Positions 55,232-64,000 of a stretch of DNA of 64,000 nucleotides are shown here, piece after piece. The position numbers and the translations under genes are program-made. This DNA is from Ignavibacteriota bacterium (GTDB lineage: Bacteria > Bacteroidota > Ignavibacteria > UBA10030 > UBA6906). The DNA lies in contig CAWJKM010000005.1 in NCBI GenBank assembly GCA_963843525.1, positions 691,660-755,659 on the forward strand, read 5' to 3'. Position 1 is the stretch's first letter; each line of letters begins with the position of its first letter. The notes below the pieces were generated by a model, which saw only the letters and a program-made list of their open reading frames with translations, had not been told where the DNA came from and did not search any database.

Positions 55232-57544
55232 CTATTCGTACACCGTCGTGAGCATCGGTGGTTTCATCGAAGGGGGCGGCATGCTTTCTCCGGGTTCCTG
55301 TGCGTCGCGTACCGCCATCGCCGTAAGATTGACGATGTCCACCACCTCGTTTCCGGGAATGAGAAGGTAGACCGGTTTTCTCATGCCAAGGAGGATGGGA
55401 CCCACCGACTCTGCACCGCCGATTTTTCCCAGCAGCTTGACCGCAATGTTCGCAGACGCGAGATCCGGACACACCAGCAAATTAGCGGCACCGCGAAGAG
55501 AACTGAACGGATAGACCGATTCGAGGATTGTCGGATCAACCGCCGTATCCGCCATCATCTCCCCGTCCACCATGAGGTCAGGCATCCTGAGCTTGACCAG
55601 CTCCGCAGCGCGCGCCACCTTATCCGATGTCGGGTGCCGTGTGCTCCCGAAGTTGCTGAAGGAAAGCAGGGCCACATGAGGTTCAATGTCGAAGCTGCGT
55701 ACTTTCTCCGCCGCGAGGACGGTGATATCGGCCAGCTCCTCGGCGGTCGGGTCGATATTCACAGTCGCATCGGTCATGAACCGCACTTCGTTCTTGAACA
55801 CGAGCATATAGAGTCCGGCAACAACGGAGATATTCGGCCGCGGCTTGATGATCTGCAGTGCCGGCCGGATCGTGTGCGGATAGTTTTGCGTAAGGCCCGC
55901 CACCACACCATCGGCATCACCCGTATGCACCATCATCATGCCGAAGTCGAGAGCGACCCGCATTGCCTGATGCGCCTCATCCAGCGTTATCCCTTTCCGT
56001 TTGCGCATCCCGTAGTATTTGCTGGAGTACTCCTCAAACTTCGATGATGAGGCCGGGTCGACAAACTCGGCTCCGTCGAGATTGAGGTCGAGCATGTGAA
56101 TCTTCTCCCGAATCACCCCCGCATCGCCGAGGAGAATGGGATGGGCAATCTCCTCATCGAGAATGATCTGGCTGGCGCGCAGGATCTTCTCCTCGGTGCC
56201 CTCCGGAAAGACGATCCGTTTGGGAGCGCGTTGCGCCTTGTGGATGAATATGCGCATGATTTCTTTTGACCGTCCGAACCGGCTCTCCAGCTGGTCCCGG
56301 TACTTGTCGAGATCTTCGATCGGCTTCCGCGCCACGCCCGTCTCCATCGCCGCCTTTGCCACTGCGGGTGCTTCCCACAACAGGACGCGCGGGTCGAGGG
56401 GTTTCGGGATGATGTAGGTTCGACCGAACCGGATTTTTTCTCCGCCATAGGCCTTGATGACAGAATCCGGCACATCCTCGCGGGCGAGCTTGGCAAGCGC
56501 ATGGGCGGCGGCCAGCTTCATTTCATCGTTGATGCTGCTCGCCATCACGTCCAGGGCGCCGCGGAAGATGAACGGGAAGCCAAGGACATTGTTGACCTGG
56601 TTGGGATAGTCGGACCGGCCGGTGGCCATGAGCACGTCCTTCCGTGCCTCGAACGCATCTTCATAACTTATCTCCGGATCCGGATTGGCCATGGCGAAGA
56701 TGATGGGATCCTTCGCCATCGTTTTTACCATCTCCTTCGTCAGGGCACCCTTCACCGACACCCCGGCGAACACGTCGGCATCCTTGATGGCGTCGGAGAG
56801 CGTCCGGGCAGTGGTGTCGATGGCAAAATATTCCTTGTAAGGGTTCATCCCCTTCGTCCGGCCCTTATAGACCACGCCGTTTGTATCGCACAGGATCAGG
56901 TTCTCGCGTTTGACGCCGAGGGTGATGTAGAACTTCGCGCACGCAATCCCCGCTGCGCCGGCCCCGCTGAAGACCACCTTGACCTCCCCGATCTTCTTTC
57001 CCAAAATATCCAGGGCGTTCAAGAGGCCTGCGCCGGAAATGATCGCAGTGCCGTGCTGGTCGTCGTGGAAGACCGGAATATTCATGGTCTTCTTCAATTC
57101 CTCTTCGATGTAGAAACATTCCGGCGCCTTGATGTCTTCGAGATTGATTCCACCGAAGGTGGGCTCGAGGGCCTTGACAATGCGGATGATTTCGTCGGGG
57201 TCGTGCGTGTTGAGCTCGATATCAAACACATCGATATCGGCGAAACGCTTGAAGAGAACTCCCTTTCCTTCCATCACCGGCTTGCCTGCCAGTGCACCAA
57301 TGTCACCGAGACCGAGAACGGCCGTCCCGTTGCTGATGACGGCGACAAGGTTCCCTTTCGCTGTGTACTTATACGCATCGGCGGGGTTCGCAGCAATCTC
57401 TCGGCACGGTTCTGCGACGCCCGGTGTGTATGCAAGTGCTAAATCGCGTTGCGTAGCACATGGTTTGCTGGAAATGACTTCGATCTTACCGCGGCGACCG
57501 AGGCCGTGATAGTCAAGTGCATCCTGCTTTCTGATCATTGCCAT
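55232..57544 (-). CDS. maeB: NADP-dependent malic enzyme fused to a PTA-like domain
   Basis: 'LAYTPGVA', '[19 protein letters not shown]', 'NLEDI', 'FHDDQHGT' and 'ATGRSD.PNQ.NN'. PTA domain begins 'RIVFPEG'. AGGAGG RBS. Confidence 0.97.
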   Translation of the reverse strand: MAMIRKQDALDYHGLGRRGKIEVISSKPCATQRDLALAYTPGVAEPCREIAANPADAYKYTAKGNLVAVISNGTAVLGLGDIGALAGKPVMEGKGVLFKRFADIDVFDIELNTHDPDEIIRIVKALEPTFGGINLEDIKAPECFYIEEELKKTMNIPVFHDDQHGTAIISGAGLLNALDILGKKIGEVKVVFSGAGAAGIACAKFYITLGVKRENLILCDTNGVVYKGRTKGMNPYKEYFAIDTTARTLSDAIKDADVFAGVSVKGALTKEMVKTMAKDPIIFAMANPDPEISYEDAFEARKDVLMATGRSDYPNQVNNVLGFPFIFRGALDVMASSINDEMKLAAAHALAKLAREDVPDSVIKAYGGEKIRFGRTYIIPKPLDPRVLLWEAPAVAKAAMETGVARKPIEDLDKYRDQLESRFGRSKEIMRIFIHKAQRAPKRIVFPEGTEEKILRASQIILDEEIAHPILLGDAGVIREKIHMLDLNLDGAEFVDPASSSKFEEYSSKYYGMRKRKGITLDEAHQAMRVALDFGMMMVHTGDADGVVAGLTQNYPHTIRPALQIIKPRPNISVVAGLYMLVFKNEVRFMTDATVNIDPTAEELADITVLAAEKVRSFDIEPHVALLSFSNFGSTRHPTSDKVARAAELVKLRMPDLMVDGEMMADTAVDPTILESVYPFSSLRGAANLLVCPDLASANIAVKLLGKIGGAESVGPILLGMRKPVYLLIPGNEVVDIVNLTAMAVRDAQEPGESMPPPSMKPPMLTTVYE

Positions 57545-57958
57545 AACTGGCACCTCCTTGGTTTAGCATCACCATTTGGCGATTGTTGGCAGGGCCGGCT
57601 TGGAGAGGGATGCGACCACAGGCTTCCTTCCCTCGCTGATTCCCACACGGCTGTTCTTATCTCACGGAGAGTGTGTCGGTCGGACCAGTCACCCTGTACC
57701 GGTGCCTGAAATATACGAGACACAGGTCGAGTTTCAAAGGCTATGCCATCCGGCACCATGCGCACGGGGGAACGATTCTGAGTTTAAACTCTTTAGTGCC
57801 CATCCGGGCAGCGCACAGGCATGATGTTCGGTTGAAAGTTCTCAAATCTGACAACCAACCGGCACATTTTCCTAATTCCAGCAATTCTTGATTTTCTAAC
57901 CATGTTTGGTTATTATAGAAAAACCCCAGCGTCCTATTAGAAGAGTCGACCCCGAGCC

Positions 57959-59098
57959 ATGGCGCCCGCAGGGAATGAGACGGCCGCGACCCCTCTCCCA
58001 CCAACACTCATTACCAAGCACTATAACCGAATCAAACTCGGCCTTACCCTCGTCTCTTCGATCCTCTCGTTCGCGTTCCTTCTTGTGCTTGTCATCAGCG
58101 GGGGATCACGGGCGCTTGCAGAATGGGCAGGACGTGTTGCGCCGCCGGCCTATGGAGCGCTCTTCGTTTTTGCGGGCGCTGTCGGACTGGCCCACATGGT
58201 CATCACCGTGCCGGTGGGATTCGTTTCGAGTTACGTTGTTGAACACCGGTTCAACCTGTCCAACCAGTCGCTGTTCCAATGGGCCCGGGAACAGGCCAAG
58301 GGATTCCTCGTTGGCGCGCCGATTGGTGCCGTGGTGCTGGCCGTACTCTACTTCTGCATGGGAACATGGGGGACGCTCTGGTGGCTGCCTGTGGCCATCG
58401 TCCTTTCGCTCCTGTCCATCGTTCTCGCGAGGCTCGCACCGACACTGATCCTGCCCCTTTTTTATAAATTGACGCCCCTCGACGACGGGCCGTTGAAAGA
58501 AATGATTCTCTCGCAGTGCGCAACGGTGGGTCTCCGGGTCAATGGCGTATTTCAGTTTGATCTGAGCAAGAATACAAAAAAGGCGAATGCGGGTTTCACC
58601 GGGATCGGGAAGGCGAAACGAATCATCCTGGGCGATACGCTTGTACACGAGTTTACCAATGATGAGATCGAAACGGTGTTCGCCCATGAACTGGGTCATT
58701 ACATGCACCGGCATATCACGGTAGGGATGGCCGTTGGCATCGCGTCGACGTTTCTCGGGCTCTTCCTGACGTCCGTTCTCCATCGCTGGTCGATACACGC
58801 CATCGGCATTTTGAGTCTTACCGATTTGGCGGGATTGCCGCTTCTCGCGGTGTGGCTTGCGGTGTTCGGACTGGTCACCGGGCCGGCGGGCAATATCCTC
58901 TCACGCCATCACGAACGTCAGGCCGACCGGTTCGCAGTAACACTGACAGGAAAACCTGCGGCGTTTGCAAACGCTCTGCGCAGGCTCGCCTCGATGAACC
59001 TTGCCGATCCCGAGCCGCTTCCCCTGGTGGAGTTTCTGTTCTACAGCCACCCCGCCGTGGGCAAACGCATTCGCTCTGTGGAGTCACAGGTTCCATGA
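57959..59098 (+). CDS. M48 family (Ste24/CAAX-like) membrane metallopeptidase
   Basis: 'S....KANA.FTG.G..KRI.L.DTL', HELGH, 'SR..E..AD.FA' and 'YSHP....RI'. Confidence 0.95.
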   Translation: MAPAGNETAATPLPPTLITKHYNRIKLGLTLVSSILSFAFLLVLVISGGSRALAEWAGRVAPPAYGALFVFAGAVGLAHMVITVPVGFVSSYVVEHRFNLSNQSLFQWAREQAKGFLVGAPIGAVVLAVLYFCMGTWGTLWWLPVAIVLSLLSIVLARLAPTLILPLFYKLTPLDDGPLKEMILSQCATVGLRVNGVFQFDLSKNTKKANAGFTGIGKAKRIILGDTLVHEFTNDEIETVFAHELGHYMHRHITVGMAVGIASTFLGLFLTSVLHRWSIHAIGILSLTDLAGLPLLAVWLAVFGLVTGPAGNILSRHHERQADRFAVTLTGKPAAFANALRRLASMNLADPEPLPLVEFLFYSHPAVGKRIRSVESQVP

Positions 59099-59817
59099 TG
59101 GATCAGATTCTTGGCCCGTTACGGTTCGTCGCCGGCGTGATGATCTCGCTCGGAAGTGCGGCTCTGGAAATCATCATGCTCCCCATCCAACGGAAGAGTG
59201 GAAGGCTGTTCCATGCAATCGCGAAACTCTGGGCACGCACCGTCCTGTTGACGAGCGGAGTGAAAGTCCGCGTCCGGGGCATAGAAAAAATTCGTTCGGA
59301 CCGGAACTATGTCTATGTGTCAAACCATGCGAGCATGTTCGACATTCCGGCAATTCTGGCATCGGTCCCTGACCAGATCAGGATTGTGTACAAGAAGGAG
59401 CTGGAAGTCATCCCGATATTCGGGTGGGGACTGAAGTGGGGAAGCTACATCGGTATTGACCGCGGCAGGGGACCGAAGGCAATGAGAAGCATTGAGGAAG
59501 CCATCGAGAAAATCCGCAACGGTGCCTCGGTCCTCCTGTACGCGGAAGGCACACGGACGCGGGACGGCAAATTGCAGCCGTTCAAACGGGGAGCGTTCAA
59601 TATCGCCGTCAGGGCGGGCATCCCGGTCGTTCCCCTGACGATCAACGGGACGTTTCCCATCCTGCCGAAAGGCTCGATCGTGATCAGGCCGCAGTCGGCG
59701 GAGCTCGTGCTCGACGACCCGATTCCGGTGACCGGCGAGGGGAAAGAGGAGGAAATGCGATTGATGGAGAATGTGCGCACGGCGATCCAGAGAAATTATG
59801 TCGATCAGAGTGCCTGA
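59095..59817 (+). CDS. plsC: 1-acyl-sn-glycerol-3-phosphate acyltransferase
   Basis: NHASMFD, 'IDR', 'EGTR' and 'PFKRGAF'. Confidence 0.92.
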   Translation: MMDQILGPLRFVAGVMISLGSAALEIIMLPIQRKSGRLFHAIAKLWARTVLLTSGVKVRVRGIEKIRSDRNYVYVSNHASMFDIPAILASVPDQIRIVYKKELEVIPIFGWGLKWGSYIGIDRGRGPKAMRSIEEAIEKIRNGASVLLYAEGTRTRDGKLQPFKRGAFNIAVRAGIPVVPLTINGTFPILPKGSIVIRPQSAELVLDDPIPVTGEGKEEEMRLMENVRTAIQRNYVDQSA

Positions 59818-59892
59818 CCAATCCAGGAAGCCCGCGCCCGGTCACCCCGCCCGCGCTCCGGAACCCGGGTTTCCCAACACGCAGAGGGAACA

Positions 59893-60186
59893 ATGTCCGT
59901 AACCATCAAGGATGTCGAACACGTCGCCTCGCTGGCGCGACTGACCTTTTCCGAATCGGAGAAGGTGAAATTGACGGAACAACTGAACGACATCCTCCGG
60001 TACATGGAGCAGTTGAACAGCCTGGACACGTCGCACGTCGAGCCCCTTTCCCACGTCATCGAGCTCGCGAACGTGTTCCGTCCGGACGTGCTGCAGCCGA
60101 GCTTTCCGCGGGAAGAGATACTGAAGAACGCACCGGCGCACACGGAGAAGTTCTTCAAAGTCCCCAAGGTCATCGGAGACCGATGA
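59893..60186 (+). CDS. gatC: Asp/Glu-tRNA amidotransferase subunit C
   Basis: 'V.HVA.LARL', 'IL.Y...L..LDT..VEP' and 'L.NAP.....FKVPKVI'. Confidence 0.96.
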   Translation: MSVTIKDVEHVASLARLTFSESEKVKLTEQLNDILRYMEQLNSLDTSHVEPLSHVIELANVFRPDVLQPSFPREEILKNAPAHTEKFFKVPKVIGDR

Positions 60187-60947
60187 GCCCAAGACCGGTC
60201 CACCGGGTCGTTGTCGTCATTCCGGCCAGGTACGCTTCGCATCGCCTCCCCGGCAAGCCGCTTGCGGATATCGGGGGACGGCCGATGATCGTCCGTGTGG
60301 CTGAACAGGCGAGGCAGGCACGCACCGTGTCGGATGTTCTCGTCGCAACGGACGATGAGCGCATCCGGGTGGCGGTCGAACGCGCGGGGTTCCGCGCCGT
60401 CATGACCTCGGCGGAGTGCAGGAGCGGGACGGATCGGATTGCAGAAGCAATCGCGAGTGATCGCGAAGCAGACATTATCGTGAACGTGCAGGGGGATGAG
60501 CCGCTTCTCCCTCCCGCCATGATCGACGAGGCGGTCCAGCCATTCTTCGACGATCCGGAGGTCGAAGCGGGAACGCTGGTCAAGCGGGTGCGCACGGAAG
60601 AGGAGCTGCGGAACCCGTCGATCCCGAAGGTGGTGCTCGACGTCCATCAGAACTGTTTGTATTTCTCACGCTCCGTCATTCCGCACCTCAGGGATGCGGA
60701 TCCCGCGGAGTGGCTGGCACAGGGAGTATGGTACAGGCACGTCGGGCTCTATGTCTTCCGGCGGGCAATGTTGTTGCGTTTTCCCGCGTTGCCGGGAACA
60801 CCGCTCGAACGGATGGAAAAGCTTGAACAGCTCCGGATTCTGGAACACGGCTTTCGCATCCGGGCAGTTGTCACCGAACTGGAGAGCATCGCAGTCGACA
60901 CGCCGGAAGACCTCGAACGTGTCCGGCGGATACTCTCCGCCACCTGA
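60183..60947 (+). CDS. kdsB: 3-deoxy-manno-octulosonate cytidylyltransferase
   Basis: 'IPARYAS.RLPGKPL', 'VATDD', 'SGTDR', 'NVQGDEP', 'YFSRS.IP' and 'LE..EKLEQLR'. Confidence 0.97.
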   Translation: MSPRPVHRVVVVIPARYASHRLPGKPLADIGGRPMIVRVAEQARQARTVSDVLVATDDERIRVAVERAGFRAVMTSAECRSGTDRIAEAIASDREADIIVNVQGDEPLLPPAMIDEAVQPFFDDPEVEAGTLVKRVRTEEELRNPSIPKVVLDVHQNCLYFSRSVIPHLRDADPAEWLAQGVWYRHVGLYVFRRAMLLRFPALPGTPLERMEKLEQLRILEHGFRIRAVVTELESIAVDTPEDLERVRRILSAT

Positions 60948-60977
60948 GGGTACAGCTCTACAGGGCAGACTACGACA

Positions 60978-63258
<2,281 letters not shown>

Positions 63259-63277
63259 CACACGCCGCGCCGGCGCC

Positions 63278-63757
63278 ATGCACCCGCGAGCGGAAGAACT
63301 CATCCGGTCGCTGGGGCTTGTCGCGCATCCCGAGGGCGGCCACTATCGTGAAATGTTCCGTTCCTCCTCTCGTGTTGAAGACATCAGCAGGGGGGTCGAG
63401 CGAACTGCGGTCACGCACATCTGGTTTCTCCTCTGCCGCGGGGAGGTCAGCAGGTGGCATAGAGTTATCGCCGATGAGCTCTGGCACTTCTACGAAGGCG
63501 CCGTGCTTGAATTGCACATCCTTGATCCGTTACTTCAGTCCTCGCAACTCTCCCGCCTCGGCCCTGTGAGCGAGGGGAGCGTTCCCTTCCATGCGATCCC
63601 CCGTTGCCGCTGGCAAGCGGCACGCACAACAGGCGATTACACCCTCGCGGGATGCACCGTGAGTCCGGGATTTTCGTTTGATGACTTTGAGATGCTCGCA
63701 TCGTCATCCGAACGGAACCGGCTCGGGAATGCCCCCGGACTAGCAGATTTCCTCTGA
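63278..63757 (+). CDS. Cupin_5 (DUF985) family protein
   Basis: 'L.L..HPEGG.YRE', 'S.WHR...DE.W.FY.G', 'WQAA' and 'CTVSPGF.F.DF'. Confidence 0.93.
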   Translation: MHPRAEELIRSLGLVAHPEGGHYREMFRSSSRVEDISRGVERTAVTHIWFLLCRGEVSRWHRVIADELWHFYEGAVLELHILDPLLQSSQLSRLGPVSEGSVPFHAIPRCRWQAARTTGDYTLAGCTVSPGFSFDDFEMLASSSERNRLGNAPGLADFL

Positions 63758-63793
63758 GCGTTTCGACCCGGTTTGCGGAAAAAGTCGAAAGAA

Positions 63794-63829
63794 GCAAAAG
63801 GAGCCTGTTACGTAACAGACTCCTTTTGC
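63794..63829. terminator. Near-perfect 36-bp palindrome, probable terminator
   Basis: GCAAAAGGAGCCTGTTACGTAACAGACTCCTTTTGC has one mismatched pair and lies 36 bp after the cupin stop. Confidence 0.65.
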
Positions 63830-63882
63830 CTCCTTTCCGCATTTGACGTTTGTTTTCAGTATTTTCCGTTGATCCCCCTCCG

Positions 63883-63915
63883 GACCTGGTCATGACCAGG
63901 TCAAGACCAGGTCTT
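63883..63915. promoter_or_regulatory. Overlapping palindromes, candidate GntR-family operator
   Basis: Perfect 20-bp palindrome GACCTGGTCATGACCAGGTC followed by AAGACCAGGTCTT. Confidence 0.45.
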
Positions 63916-63965
63916 CTGCCAGGGGTTCTCCCGGAGCAAAAGGCATTATTTCATACGTTGGACGT

Positions 63966-64000
63966 ATGACTCGCGAACTGACGGTTCATCCGATCGGCAT
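63966..64000 (+). CDS. N-terminus of a gene truncated by the window edge, possibly TrmO/TsaA-like
   Basis: MTRELTVHPIG resembles the 'x-P-I-G' start of TsaA-family proteins, but only 11 codons are visible. Confidence 0.35.
   Translation, partial: MTRELTVHPIG

Noticed and set aside
57545-57740. Riboswitch in the roughly 160-nt maeB leader
   Set aside because: No recognisable aptamer or terminator. The putative promoter has a 16-bp spacer and is weakly supported.
59893-60186. gatC without gatA or gatB
   Set aside because: Dispersed gat genes are common, so this is not unusual by itself.

Overview
A GC-rich (roughly 55-60% by eye), gene-dense chromosomal window of mostly housekeeping genes. 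It contains no rRNA or tRNA genes, CRISPR array, prophage or transposase. Gene content (PorV-like barrel, DUF2851, GWxTD-like protein, yggS-divIVA-punA-ileS-dksA-lspA-rluD, gatC-kdsB-DUF502-pyrG), together with sigma70-type promoters and Shine-Dalgarno sites, suggests an Ignavibacteria/Chlorobi-side member of the FCB group (inference). About 48 CDSs are supported, including lon, dnaX, dxr, rseP, pyrF, ndh, larE, ileS, tmk, ctpA, cydAB, murA, maeB, gatC, kdsB and pyrG. The main leads are: (1) a four-gene operon with its own promoter that looks like a trans-envelope cAMP signalling module (secreted DUF928-like protein, FecR-domain protein, Ig-like plus beta-barrel outer-membrane protein, CHASE2 adenylate cyclase); (2) an unassigned three-way-junction RNA with a U8 tail in the leader of the PorV-like gene; (3) an A9 run in dnaX followed by stops in both shifted frames, predicting tau/gamma recoding; (4) heptamer tandem-repeat arrays, two of them in inverted pairs, at three intergenic sites; (5) an IleRS2 with a swapped GIHH signature; (6) a shared unusual promoter motif, a short intergenic 16S-5'-like stretch, and a frameshifted GWxTD-like gene. 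All family assignments come from motif recognition by eye; no searches were run.
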